Shown here one piece after another: positions 50,466-64,000 of a stretch of 64,000 bases of DNA. The notes below the pieces were generated by a model. The model had not been told where the DNA came from. It worked only from the letters and a program-made list of their open reading frames with translations, and made no database searches. Source of the DNA: Narcine bancroftii. Taxonomy: Eukaryota. The DNA lies in assembly GCF_036971445.1 (NCBI RefSeq), contig NC_091471.1, forward strand, positions 261,330,001 through 261,394,000, read 5' to 3'. Made by a program: the position numbers and the translations under genes. The stretch's first letter is position 1, and every line of letters starts with the position of its first letter.

Positions 50466-51832
50466 GCACAAATTAGTGAAGGGAATTAGTTGACTGGTGT
50501 GTTTAAAATCACACTCACTGGAACTGATGAAGCAATTGACACTTTTAATAGAGAATAACTCTCTCCTCCCACAGTGAAATTCAGAATCGATGTAGATTTT
50601 TATTCTCCATATCCTGATCTTCTAACTCTTTATTTATTTTTCTTTCTCACCAGCAAACATTTCCAAATGTGGTATATTTTCAGATTTAATCCAAACCCTT
50701 CCCAATCTTTTTGGGTTCATCTTACATAACTGTTTCCTCAGTGATATTTTTGCACAAAAGCTGGATGCATCGGTGACTTTGATATGCTGAGTAGCAATAT
50801 TTACCTGATAAATCAGCCTACCTATGAACAAAAGCCTGTGGCTTTTTGAAATGGAGATAACAGATCAGAATTACTAGAGATCTCTCTCTCTAAGCAACAA
50901 AATTAACCGGAAGATGGCCAGACTCCAACCTCACTGCATTATTTATTAGTTTGCAAAGAAAATTAACATCTAAAAAGATAAAACTCTGTTGCTTTTTGTC
51001 TCAATCGAGTTGCACATTAAATATTCTGTTGAGTAATTTTTCAGGTGCAGAAATATTACACTTTACCACTGATGCAATGCACAATCATTGCTGGTAGTTT
51101 ACACAATGCACAAGTCTTGCTAGAGGATCACACGCACAGTAGCAGCAGTCTTGCATGAGTGCACACACCTCAGATAGAAGCTTGCAGAAACAATAAAGGT
51201 ATATTACATTCATAGAGCAACTTTAATGCAGTAAAATCTTCTCAAGTGTTCCAGAGATGTTCACCAACACACACTCTGAACAAATGATTATGTAACTCTG
51301 ATTGGTGCTTGCTCTAGAGATTAACATTATTCTAATACTGGCATTGCATTGGAGAGGAATCTAATAAACATGAATGGAATGGGTCCATGGCAGTGATGAG
51401 TGAGGAACGGGCACAAAGTGGTGGGAAGAGGTTGGCATGGAACAGGAACACGACTTCAAGCATGGGCCAAATGACACTTCTTGACAGCTGTGCCTTCAGC
51501 TGCCTGGAACTCCTGCCTAAAACCCCTTGACTCCTCTCTCCTTTTTAATGACCCTCTCTAAGACACACCTCCATCGCTGAGGCTTTTGGTCAGCTGCCTT
51601 TGCATGTCCTTTTTACTGAGAATGCTCTTGTTAAGCTCCTTGATATCTCACGATACTTCAAAAAACGTGGCCCAGAAATAGCTTGAACATGCGTTGAACC
51701 AGAAATGCATGGAGCAACAATGTGGCATGTGGATTCCCTGCTGGGATATCATAACAATCAAAACACAAACCATCAGGCACAATACCTGAATGAATATGCT
51801 CACTGTCAGGCCTTTCCTCTATTCACTGTTCC

Positions 51833-51837
<5 letters not shown>

Positions 51838-51883
<46 letters not shown>
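51838..51883. repeat. (GA)n microsatellite
   Basis: Perfect dinucleotide run. Confidence 0.98.
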
Positions 51884-51886
<3 letters not shown>

Positions 51887-53964
51887 GAACAAGGATAGAG
51901 GGGGAATCTGAGCGATGGCTCCAAGATTCAAAGGGATGGTCCATTTGCTCGAAAGGGTTAGTCTGTTTCCCTAGAAACAGATAATGCTGCTTTAAAATAA
52001 GGATGTGTACTTGAGACAAAAATAGCATTGGTTGTCTTTCAAAGGTCTAAGTCTTTGGAACTCTCTTGAACAAAGAGTAGAAGAAGCAGATACTTTAAAT
52101 TTTTTAAGACAAAGTTATACAGGTTCTTGATAAGCAAGAGGATGGAAGATTTCTGCAGTGGAGTGGAATATAGAGTTGAGGTCACAATCAAGTAATCCAT
52201 TAACTAGTAGAGCAGGAGTGATCTAAATTTATCTGTTCACAAATAAGCAAGATTCTCGTTCACGATGAAGGTCTGCTACTGCGATGTGATTTGCACCACT
52301 TACCGATTATGCTTGTGCAAATGAACATTGTGCAAGTGCAAAGTATACTGACAAGTCATTGGGCGTTTCTGGCCAGCTCTGTGGGCAGGAGGGTTATTTG
52401 CACAAAGGACATGGAAAAAGTCTCTCATGGGAATTATGCTATCAGTAGCTAATCATATTTAGCAAATGGGCTTCTAATTAAATTCCTTTGTGTTGTGGAG
52501 GAAAATTCCACAATGCACAGAATATTTTCTGGGCTATTATTAAAATTTGAATCATGGTCATTTTCCAATTATTCCTGTACCCTTAATATACTGCTACATA
52601 CTTCCCTCAGCAGAGGATGTGAGAAGGGAAGGTTTGTATCACATGCTCTTCGTGTATCAATGCCTGGAGATAAGAATCTCAATTTTCAAATGGATTAGAC
52701 AGTCACATTGATCTCATTAGATTGCATGCAAATTGAATGGGATTACTTTGCTCTCAGCCAGTATTTCTCCACTCATGGTCTGCGGACCACTGGTGATCTG
52801 TGTGAACTGGGAAAGAGGAATATTACTAATATAATACATGAGTAATTTGTGAAACAAGAGGCCAAAATACCCAAACATCCTCAAAATGTGTACCTCCAAA
52901 ACAAAAGTCCAGCCGGCGGCCTGTAAAGGGGTTCGAGCTCATCAGCAACACTGCCCCACTCACCAGTGGTCCCTGAGTTTGTTATAGGTAGTATGGAAAG
53001 GAATACAGTACTAAAGGTGAACTGAGGATGAACCATTGGTGCAGCTCACTAGTAGAGAGGCCTTACAATATATGTTGCTTGCAATAGGTAGATGTCTTTG
53101 GGTTCAAACACCAGCTGGTTAATTTCAGGTCCTTGGCCAAATCTCTGGAGAAACTGAAATAAACTGACTTACCTAGAGGGAGAAAGGAAAGACTTGCACT
53201 TCCAGAAGAAGAGGAGCGTTCTCTCCATCATCAGTCAGATTCACTCCTCATCCTATGGGAGCTTATTTGGCATAAACTGGCTGGGTTCTACATTTCTACA
53301 CTTCAGAAGTATGTCTTGGTCTGTGAAGAATTTTGGGGTACTTCAGTGGGAGAAAAAGAATGGTCGATGTTTCAGGCTGGAGCCCTTCATTGTGACTGGG
53401 AACATTAAGCAGTAAACAGCAAGTAAGCAGTAATCTAGTGTAAAAGTAACAGGGAGGGAGGTCCAGGACAGGGGCCCATGTGGGATTGGTGAACCAGGAA
53501 GAACCAGCAAATGGAGGGAGTCGATTGGCACTTGCCAGTCAAAGGGAGAGAGGGGCAAAAGAAAAATATGATTCCAATCCACCAGAGCAGTTCAATATCA
53601 ATCTGGCAAAGACAACATTCCCTGCAGATGAACTGCTGCTGTTAACTTCATTACATGTTCCTCAGCACCTCTGGGCACATTGAATTCAATGTCTAAACCT
53701 AGCTATCAAGTGCAGTTCAGCCAGCTTCCTTATGGCATGCTTCCTTGAGGCTACCTACATCACCTGACAGCTGTTCTGTGCTGATACTGTCGCTTATCAA
53801 ACTGCTGCAAGGAATTCTCAGGAAGATTGCATCACTGGCGAGAGACACTGACAGGTTGTGATATTACGCCAAGTATCTGCATTGATGTCAGAGATTGCCT
53901 TGAAGAAGAACATGGGCCAATGTTCATTCTTCAACATCACTCAAACATTAATCTGGTCATCATA

Positions 53965-54395
53965 ACTACAGAAATGCTGGAGGAATTCAGCAGGTCTAGT
54001 AGCGTCCATAGGAGGTAAAGGTATATAACTGATGTATCGAACCTGAACCCTTCTTCAAGGTATGAGTAAAAAGCAGGCAAGCGCCTGAATTAAAAGGCTG
54101 GGGAGAAGGAAAGAAAGAGCAAGGGGAGGAGTGCAACCAACAGACAAAAGGTGATAATTGGACATGGATAGGAGAATTGACCGGCATGAGGCTGGGGCTC
54201 TGTGAAAGCAGAGTTGGAAGAAAGTCGTCAGAGAGAAAAGGAAAGAGAAAGAGAGACTGCTTTTTAATCATATCTTGAAGAAGGATTCAGGCCTGAAGCA
54301 TCAGTTATACATCTTTACATCCTAAGGACTCAGCGAAACCTGCTGAGTTCCTTCAGTATTTCTGTGTTTTCACTACAATCACAGCATCTGCAGAC
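53965..54395. mobile_element. Penelope-derived terminal-repeat element with ~100-bp inverted arms
   Basis: acagaaatgctggaggaattcagcagg...cttcttcaaggtatgag (~53968-54066) pairs with atcatatcttgaagaagg...cctgctgagttccttcagtatttctgt (~54267-54365). Inserted within a DeuSINE-like relic. Confidence 0.7.
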
Positions 54396-57300
54396 CATCA
54401 CGTGATGGTCTGTTTGTGGGAGCTTGCTTTGCACAAGGTGCCACCAGCATTGATTATTTATTAGTAATCATGTTCCTGTCCCATGAAAGACCAATCTCAT
54501 CTATTTAACCTTTGTCAGTCACCCAGGGGTTCTTGTTACTCATTCATAACTTCCAGTATATTTGGTGCACAGGCTGTCTCTCCTCAGAAGAAAGTCAAAT
54601 GAGCAGAATCAGTTAGAGAAGCAATGGAGTAACAGCTCAGGTTCCAATAGGTGCCCAAACAGAACGAGAATACTTACTTCTGAAGGGAGGCATGTTTCCC
54701 TTATGCCAACCTTGCAAGGAACAGTTAGTGAGATTCACTTTGGGCTATACAGTATTTTAAACTTAGAGCGAGGCCATTAAAAATGAAAATCTGAAGTCTT
54801 CCTCACACAATGGTGTTAGAAGTCTAGCCACATCTCCCCCCCCCACCCCCCACCACCGCAACACAATGGGTGTTGAATGCGACAGAATGTTGCATTATAT
54901 TATACCCATCACAATCAAAGGGTTTTACAGACCATTTGTGAATACAGATAAGATGAGAACATCAGGAACATCCTCATGGAATGCTACTGATGGGAAACAG
55001 CAGCCATCATCAATGATCCATATCACCCAGCAGACATTCCGTTCTTGCTGCTACCATCAGGAAAGAGTTATTGGTGCCACAAGACTCGCACCACCAGGTT
55101 CAGGAACTGCTGCTCCCCCTCCACCATCAGACTCCTCAACCACAAACTCAGTCAGGGACTCATTTAAGGACTCCTACTTGGGCATTTTATTGATGATTTT
55201 TATTCTCTCTGTATTGCACAGTCAGTTTGCTGACTGATCTGTTTAGAGTTCTTTGTTTGTTTACACGTGTATCGTGTGTACAGTTTTATTTGCACTACCA
55301 ATAAGTGGTAATTCTGTCTCACCCGCAGGAAAAAGGATCTCAGGGTTGTACGCGATGTCATGTGTGTACTATGACAATAGATTTGAATCTGAATTGGAAA
55401 GGTTCTCTTCACTTGGCCCATCAAGCCGATACAAGATACTCTGATTTGAACCTCATTACAGTCATCCAGGGTAATCTTTCAACCCCCTATTTATTAAAAA
55501 TATATCTGTCTCTACCTTAAAAACTCTTCAAAAGCAATGTAAGCATCATTTCTTGAGGAAGAGAATTTCAAAGATTCATGATGTCCTGATGGAAAAAAAA
55601 ATCACCTTATTATACTTTTTTTAATTATGATCATTATTTTTCGATCTTTCTACAAGAGGAAACATCCTTCCAAAAACCACCTCATCAAGATCTTTTGTGC
55701 TTCGAACAACTCACCCCTCACGCTTCTAAAGTCCTGGTTAACCTTCTCAACTGTGCATCCCAATGTATTTATCAATCTTCCTTAAATAAAGATACTCATG
55801 ATGCATACAGCATTCCAGACGTGGACCCACCGACACCCTACACATCTGAGGTAAAACCTATTTTTGTCCTCAATTCTCCTTATAATAAATAACAATATTC
55901 TGTTCACTTTCCTGATTGTGCAATGCCAGAATACTATTCATTTGAAAATCATATACCAGGACCCCAGGCTTGCCTGCATCTTGGAGATCTGTAGTTTCTT
56001 TTGTCATTTAGATACAGTATTTTTTGTTGCCTTTCATGCCAAAAATGTATACCATTTCACATTTTCCACATTATACTCCCTTTGCTCAATCTTTGCCCAC
56101 TTACTAATCCAATCTACGCCTTTTTGTTGCCGGCTCCGTCCTATTCTCAACTTGTTTTCCAATCTATTTGGTGTCATTACAAAAATTTAGCAACCATACT
56201 GAATGTTCAGTCCTGACATCCAAATAATTTTGATAGAAAATTGGAAAAAAATTGAGGCACCAACACCATTCACTCTGAGAAACCTCTACCAACTCAAGAA
56301 AAATACTTCTGTGAACATTTTAACAGAACATAGAACATTACAGTACAGTACAGGTCCTTCAGTCCATGATGTTTTGCCAACCTACATATCCTTTAGTCAG
56401 TCAATCTTCCATCACTGCTATGATGTCAGAGATGCAAAAGCACATAGGAAATGCCAGAAACAGGCTCCAGGAAAATGAGAATCTCATTGCACTTCTTCAA
56501 ATTGATGCTGGAGAGCCTTCTCTTCTCCACTCAAGAGAGTACATGGGGCCTCTATTTAATGTCTGTAAAATGCTATCTCTAAGAGTGCAGTTCCCCGTAA
56601 GTATTGGAAGGCAAATGCCAGCCTGGGTAATAAACAGAGGCCTATTAACATGCCAACCATCACATTCTTTTGGATCTTGGAAGCAAACGAAGCACAAAGG
56701 CCAAACCCATGCAAACTCTACAAAGACAGCATCAGAGGTCGGTATCGAACCAGGGTCGTTAGAGCTCTGAGTCAACAGTTCTAAGAAATGTTTGATAAGG
56801 ACATGCCTAAATCTGGGATGAACTTCAAAACAAATTGCAGGCAAAATGTGGCAAGGCACAAAAAAATTCTGGAAAAATTATATTTACTTTTATTAAAGAC
56901 AATAATTTGCATATTCATTTATTTTAGCAGAAAGTTTCAATCACATTAGCTTTTATACTCTTTTAAAACCTTTAAATCATATTCATTAAATCTCGTCAAT
57001 GAATGCTTTATTGCAGTAACTCACTTTTTTCTATATACATCCCTTGCTGCCCCTTAGCCAGTCACACCAGCCCAGGGACATGATCAATTCGGTTCACACG
57101 GTCAGATATAAAACCAGGTGAGCTTAGGGTTTGACAAATGCTGGGTGGAGGGAAATCCCTGAGGGTGGCTGAGAAGGAGGCCAGCGACCCCTGGAGAGGT
57201 GGAGGGGGGCATGGGGTGGAGACCATGGAAGCAAGTGATGGTAAAGATGGGAACCCAGGATTAGCTGAGGAGGATGGTGACCCCAGGAATGGCCAAGGAA

Positions 57301-59482
57301 ACCAGAGTCACTTGGAGTGGGGTGCTAGTCATCGACTACAACATATCATCCAAGAGAATTGACATTCCTGAATCCACAGTGCCAATAGTTGAGTGGGATA
57401 GCTATGATGTCTTTAAACACAGCTAAAGAGGCCCCTGTGACTTGTCAGGTACTTTCATCACATGGTTATGAGATTAACTTTCTGCAGTGAAAATTAATTC
57501 CCAACTATATGCAATTCAAAGGAAGAAGATTGGCAGTAGATCATTACCCAGAATCCAGCTTAGATGGTTAGGTCCCAGTTTTGAGCAATGGGAGATAACT
57601 GGCCTTGTATTTATGTACTCAGGATTGCTTGGCAAGCATTTTTCAGCAAATTAACTTTCTCAACAGCGAATTAATGTCGCTAAATCACTGCACTCCCAAT
57701 CCACCTGAATTTGAAAAATGTTTGGCATAGTTCCCAGGCCAGGAAAAGAGTGTTAATCACTTGGAAAACATTTAGCCACGTTCTGTGAAATTAATGTTCA
57801 GCGAATTAATCCTGGAACACTCATTAAGGCACAAGTTACTGTTGCAAGATGCAATGATGAGGCTAAAACATGCAAATAGATCCTAGGATCATTTTTACAA
57901 CCAATCACCAACATGCCAGCTCAAAAAGGACTCTCTCATTTTGACAAAAGCAGCCAGATTTATTGCAGCTGCTAGTAATTTCCAGCCAAGAATTTCTGGA
58001 AACTTCGAGGAATCTTGGAGAACAAGTTCTCTCTTTCAAATCTGAGAAGGCATTAGGGATATAAAGTTGATCATTGGGAAGTTGCATTGACTAAAATCCA
58101 ATCCGAAAGCCCTAGGAAGCATATCTGAAAGTTGACCATTCAGGCCTGATTCTGGTACATGAGAAGACCAAGCACTCCAAGTTCTGCGGGCCTGTAGAAT
58201 TTTTGTAGATCAACTTTCAGATGAGACTTTAAACTGAGATCTCTTCACAAGGCTGATATTTTGAAGAGCAGGGAGAGTGGCCCCTGTCCAAGAGACAATA
58301 TTTATTTCCCAGCCACAGCACTAAAACACACTGGCAAGAAATTCCAGTGCACCTCAATACAGATTTGCTGAATGGGCAATTCAATGAGGGGTAGTGATGG
58401 AAAGGAGATCTTGCCTGTAATGGGTCAAGGACTAACTGAGCCATGGGAGGATTTAGACGTCTGGAACATTTGGACAGTCACATGGATAGGAAAGGATGCA
58501 GGCTAAATGCAGGGAATTAGGAGTGGCCCAACGCATCTTGGTCAGTATGGATGAGTTGGGTCAAAGGGCCTATTCCATGCTGTACAATGCAATGACTCTC
58601 TACGAGTCATCTAGAGATTTAAGTGTGATCATAACTTAAAATCCCACCCTGAGAGATGGGGGATTTAATTCAATAAACATTGGAAAAGCAAATCTTGGTC
58701 AGGGTCTGGAACAATCAGCCTATCATCTTCATTCATGTTCTCCTGCCCTCTTTGCCTGGTCTGGTCAGAGACAGTGGCTAATCACAAATTGAAATGTTTT
58801 AACAAGGCACTCAGAACAATTAATGATGGCCAATAAATCCTGACCGTACCAAAAATATTCATATCCCAAGAATGAATACAACTCCGCTTCAGAAATACAT
58901 TAGGACTGTAAAACACTGTGGCATACCATGATATAGTGACAAATGCTACAATAAGGATAGGCTTTCTTCTTTGCTGTGGTTTACACAGGAGGCTTTTGCT
59001 ACTACATCTTACTAACTCTATGAAATTGCTCATTGTAAATGACCTTTCAATTGTGCTCTGCTGCTGACTACATGGCTTCGTATTTTAATTCAAACACGGG
59101 GCCCAACATTAATCACTAGGAGGGAGCGTGGGGAGTGTGTAAATGGGAAGTGAGATTCATTACACACGCCTCATTGGATGCAGCAGCAAGCAGTCATCAG
59201 CCTTCTTGAGGTGTGGGTGGGTCACTGACGTTCTGCTCTCCTCCCGCTGCAAGGAAGCTAATTGAAGGTCAGAGGCTCTGCATTAAAGGCTCAAGGTCAA
59301 ATGCCTTGAGGTCAGAGGATAAGGTGTAAAAACTGGGCCGATGAAGAAACAGATCTGCTATTTCAATGATAACTCAGGATAGAAATCAGATTGACGCAAA
59401 GGAGTGATGAGAAGTGAGTGATCAACAGGTGATAGAACTGTAAAGATAATTCTTTGGGGTCACAGGACAAAATGAGTTAGAT

Positions 59483-59701
59483 CAGGGGTGGTCAAACTTG
59501 CTTAATGCAAGAGCCACACACGATAAGCTTCAGATGTTTGAGAGCAGCAACAATCCCGTGATTGCAAGCCACGCCCACTAACACTACCATTGTCAGCACC
59601 GGCTCGTACGACATCTGACTCAGCCAACATATCTCTGCGAGCCGCACATTATGTGTCAAAGAGCCGCATGTGGCTTGCGAGCCACAGTTTGGCCACCCTC
59701 A
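59483..59701. mobile_element. Non-autonomous hAT MITE (219 bp)
   Basis: TIR caggggtggtcaaact / agtttggccaccctca; 8-bp TSD agttagat / agttagac. Confidence 0.85.
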
Positions 59702-61789
59702 AGTTAGACTGATGACTTTTTGTCATTTCTTTTCCACATGATAATTTTCAAGCTGAATTTATCTAAGACTTCAAACCCCCGTTGCTTTGTTTAAACTAAT
59801 TGCAAATTTTGCCCTCAGGAGCTTGTGCCAAGGAGCAAATTAGTCAGTTGCATTGAAATGTGGCCTAGTATGTGGCTGTGAGACTGAACTTATCAATAAA
59901 GGGTAAGAATTGTCCTCGGGTGCACCCGCAAATGAGTACAGCTTCAAACTCAGCAATGTTTTATATTTGCATAGCTTCACCTTGGCAAAGAAAATAGAAT
60001 GATCTTCCATTTCCCTAATGCTGTCACAACCTTAAGTACATCCTCAAATAGTTTGGAGTCAATTATGTTCTGAAGGATGGCCAAAGCTTGGCCAAGAAGT
60101 CAATGTGAAGGAGCATTTTAAAGAGATGGAGAACTGGAAAGGTTTTGAGAGAAAAGTCCAGAGTATATAGGCAGGGTTAGATATTTGCCTAAGGATCATG
60201 GGGAAAAGCCAGGTGATGGAGTTGAGTCCACGGCCAGATCAACCATGATCTTAATGAATGGTCCAGCAGGCTCGATGAACAAGATGGCCGACTCCTGCTT
60301 CTTTTCTTATGGGATGTCAGCAGCTAAAGAGACAGACGGCCTCCAGTACTAAGGCAATTAAATTCATAGATTCATAGATGGCAGGATTGGAGGAATACAG
60401 AGTTAGGGCCGATAGCCTGGTGAAAGTGATGAAGACAGGAAAAAGGGAGCCAACAGAAGGGGTTGAATGGATGAAACGTTTAAAAGGGAGGCATTGCCTA
60501 ACTAGGATAACTAGGAGCCAGTGTAGGTCAGTGTGGACAGGGGGAGGGGTCACAGCAAAACTCATTTATAGAAAGTATTGGTCGGTCTTTGACCCACCGG
60601 CCATTTACACTAATTCTACCTTAATCTGTTTTACTCTCACCAAAATCCCATTAATCCATGGATTCTTCCACTCACACTCACCCACTCACAGACATATGAA
60701 AGGCACCTTACAGTGGCAATTAACCTATTTCCACGTGTCTTTGGTATTTGGGAGGAAACCGAAGCTCCAAGAGGAAGCCCAGGCGGTCACGGGAAAATGT
60801 GCAAACTCCAAGGTCAGAATCAAAGCTGTGATGCTGGAGCTGTGGCATCAGCTCCACCAACTGCGTCAATGTGTGAATGAATGCAGCTTTGGCCAAGATT
60901 TTGCCTTGAGCGGTTATTGCCAGCGAGCTGCAGAAATGGTGGTGAGTTTCCTCCTTGTACAGCTGCTTTCTCTTTTTCTGAAGATGCTCCAAAGGTCTTA
61001 TAGAAAGGATGTCCAACCCACACAGTTTTAGGGGAAATTTCCAATAATTAGTTGGAAGACTAGAACCTCAAGAAACAGATGAAGGAAATATGGTGAGGGA
61101 AGAGCAAACAACAACGTTCAGAGGTATTCTTTCAATATTTGCAGTGAATTTTCTCTATCTAAATGCTACTCCACTGGTTTTCCATGTAATCCTCCTCCAT
61201 CAAACAGTGACACTTCCATGTTCCTTATCAAGTTACTTAACAACCCACTGAGGACATTGTTGCTCCCTCCTCCATTACCGGTCTATCAACATCCTAGAAC
61301 TCTTTGACCTGAACTATTGGAGTGACGCCTTCCCCACATTGACTGCTGCACTTCATGAAGGCAGCTTCTCAAGTGGCACCTTGAAGTGGTCCTGGACCTG
61401 ATGGACTGAAAATCCTGAGGTTGGTCTCCTCAGAGAAGGTTAAAAATCAAAAGGGTTTACTCAAGTAAGCAAGAAGAGAGTGTTTTCATTGGTGGATGAC
61501 TGGTATCCAGATGTACAGATCAAAAATGTTTAGCTACATTTTGAAAATGAGTCAACATCACATTTCTATTAGCAGGAACCTGGCTGTGTGGAAATTGATG
61601 ACTGCAATTCACAACGGGAGAAATAATCACTCTACATACAACTGAAGAAAAGCCACAATGTGGGACTTTTCTCGTCTTACCTTCTGTGGTCATCACCAGC
61701 AAGAGCAACATTTGTCGTGCAAGAAATGGTGGCGAGATGCCTCCTGGTACTGCTGCTGTTCTTTTGTCAGTGCTCCAACAGGCCTTTTA

Positions 61790-63778
61790 GAGGGGGAGTT
61801 CCAGGATTTGGAGACCATGGACTGGAGCTGTTTCAGGGAAGCAGCCACCTCCAACGGTTGCGTAAACGTAGAGGAGTGCACTAGCTCAGTGACAGTCTAC
61901 GTCAGCAAGTGTACTGAGGATGTCACTGAAATCAAAATCTTCACTACCAGGGCTAACCAGAAGCCATGGTTAGATTCTGATGTCCAGGCCCTTCTCAGAG
62001 CTCGTGATGCTGCCAGCAGGACAAGGTGTAGGATGGCACTAAGATCAGCCAAGGCTGAACTGCCCTGTGCAATCCAGAAGGCAAAGTGGGGTTACGCACA
62101 GAAGATCCACCGGCAGTTGTGTGGCACTCGTGACATGAGGCGCATGTGGCAAGGGATCAAGAATAGAAGGGATCTTAAGTCAACCTTGCAAGCTGAGGAC
62201 AATGATGCTTCCCTTCCAGACAGAATGAGCATCTTCTATGAACGGTTTGATGAGAAGAACAGGATGACACCAAGGAAAGCTTCATATCCCCCTGATGAAC
62301 AGCTGCAGCTGAGGTGAGGAGAACCCTATCCAAGGTGAACCCACACAAGGCGGCGGGACCAGATAACATACCTGGTTGGCTACTGAAGGGCCACTCAGGC
62401 CAATTGTGGGTGGTCTTCAACACCTTATTGCAACAGTCCATCAATTCCCACAGGTTTCAATTCACCCACCATCATCCTGGTGCCCAAAAAGGCAATAATA
62501 ACAGGCATCAATGATTACCGCCATGTGGCACTGACCTCCACCATGGAACGCATCAAAGCTGACCTCCCAGAGACACTGGGCCCATTTCAATTGTCTTATA
62601 GAGAAACCATTCCACAGATGATGCTCTAGCCTTGTCACTTCACTCTGTCCTGGCCCACCTGGAGAACTATATTCATTGACCAGCTCGGCATTTAATACGA
62701 TCATTCCCCAAAGTCTTGTAGAGAAGCTGTTCATGTTGGGACTCAATGCCTGTTTCTGTAACTGGATCCTTGACTTCCTAACAGAAAGACCATAGTTTGT
62801 CCGGGTCAGTAGCAGAACATCGAGCACCTTCACACTGAGCACAGGCGTACCTCAGGGCTATGCACTCAGCCTTTTACATTCACGCTACTGACCCACGACT
62901 GCATCACCAGATCCAGCTTCAACAATGTCATTCAAATTTGCACATGACATAAGAGTAGTTGGCTTCATTAGCAACAATGATGAGTTGCACCAGAGAGAAG
63001 AAGTGGAACATCTTGTGAAATAGTGCGAGAGTAATAACCTGAGTCTCAATATGGACAAGAAATGATCGTGGACTTCAGGAAGACCAGGAATGAGCATCCT
63101 TCACTACACATCAACAGCTCTATAGTTGAGAGAGTGGAGAGCACCATATTCCTTGGAGTTCACTTAACTAGTAACCTATCATGGACACTCAACATCTCCT
63201 CACTTGTCAGGAAGGCGCAACAGTGACTACACTTCCTGAGAAGACTGAAAAGCTACCAGCCATCATTATGTCAACCTTCTACTAGAGCTCTATCAAGAGC
63301 GCCTTGGCTGACTGCATCACAGTGAGGTACAGTTGCTGCAGAGAAATGGATTAGAGGTCAATCCACAGGACCACAAGAGTGGCAGAGAGGATCACAGGAG
63401 TCTCCCTCATCCCCAATCAACATGATCTACCAAGATCGTGCAAAATCATTGAGGACCCTTTTCACCCTGCACAAAGTATCTTTCAGTTGCTCCTGTTGGG
63501 GAAGAGATATAGGAATATTAGAGGCAGCACCTCTAGGCTGAGGAACAGCTTCTTCCCATGGTTGAATATCCAACAGAACTGCTCACACTAACCATCCGAG
63601 ACTCTCAAAGGACTATTTATTTATTTGTATGGATGAAGTACTTGACCTGCATATGTATTGTTTATCTGTATGTGTGTTATGTCCAGTTGTGCGTCTGCAT
63701 GTTTTTCACTGAAGACCAGAGAACTCTGTTCCTTTGGGTTGTACTTCTACAATCAGATGACAATAAACTTGACTTGGA
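61790..63778 (+). mobile_element. Rex1/Babar LINE, 5'-truncated, degenerate RT ORF
   Basis: [84 protein letters not shown]; tail aataaacttgacttg. Confidence 0.92.
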
Positions 63779-64000
63779 TCCAGTGACGATGAGGGAACAA
63801 CAACATATATTTTCCAAGTCAGAGTGGCATGCAGGGTTGGAGAGAAACGTGTGGCAGTGGTGCTCCCAGGTACCCACTGCCCTGACAGGATTTTCCTCTG
63901 AAGGACTGATTGATCTTTGCGCTGAATGAATCAAGGATTACCACAGTTACTCTAATTCACTAGAAAACATCATACAAATGCAAATCATTATCTTTGAACT

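Noticed and set aside
60378-61031. 217-aa ORF
   Set aside because: Runs through L2-like and V-SINE relics, with no recognisable domain or coding-like composition.

Overview
Eukaryotic (vertebrate) genomic DNA, most likely from a cartilaginous fish (shark/ray), inferred from the repeat content: HE1/V-SINE-like and SacSINE1/DeuSINE-like SINEs, CR1, Rex1/Babar and Penelope elements. The only recognisable host gene is the 5' end of a small-conductance Ca2+-activated K+ channel (SK family, probably KCNN1) on the minus strand. It has a coding exon at 1-197 and a probable first coding exon at 25770-25916 under a CpG-rich promoter, separated by a ~25.6 kb intron. The rest is intronic or upstream DNA dense with retrotransposon and DNA-transposon relics: a young 5'-truncated L1, a young RTE, solo LTRs, hAT/Harbinger/Tigger-type MITEs and a palindromic Tc1 derivative. 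Nearly all short ORFs in the track are repeat-derived or spurious. I found no clear, complete novel system. The best leads are: a His/Cys-rich SK N-terminal exon; two recursive-splice-like sites on the gene strand; a tRNA-iMet copy embedded in a LINE; a composite hAT element duplicated together with its flank; a fold-back Tc1; and local templated duplications. Boundaries of old repeats are approximate, and family assignments come from recalled consensus motifs, not database searches.
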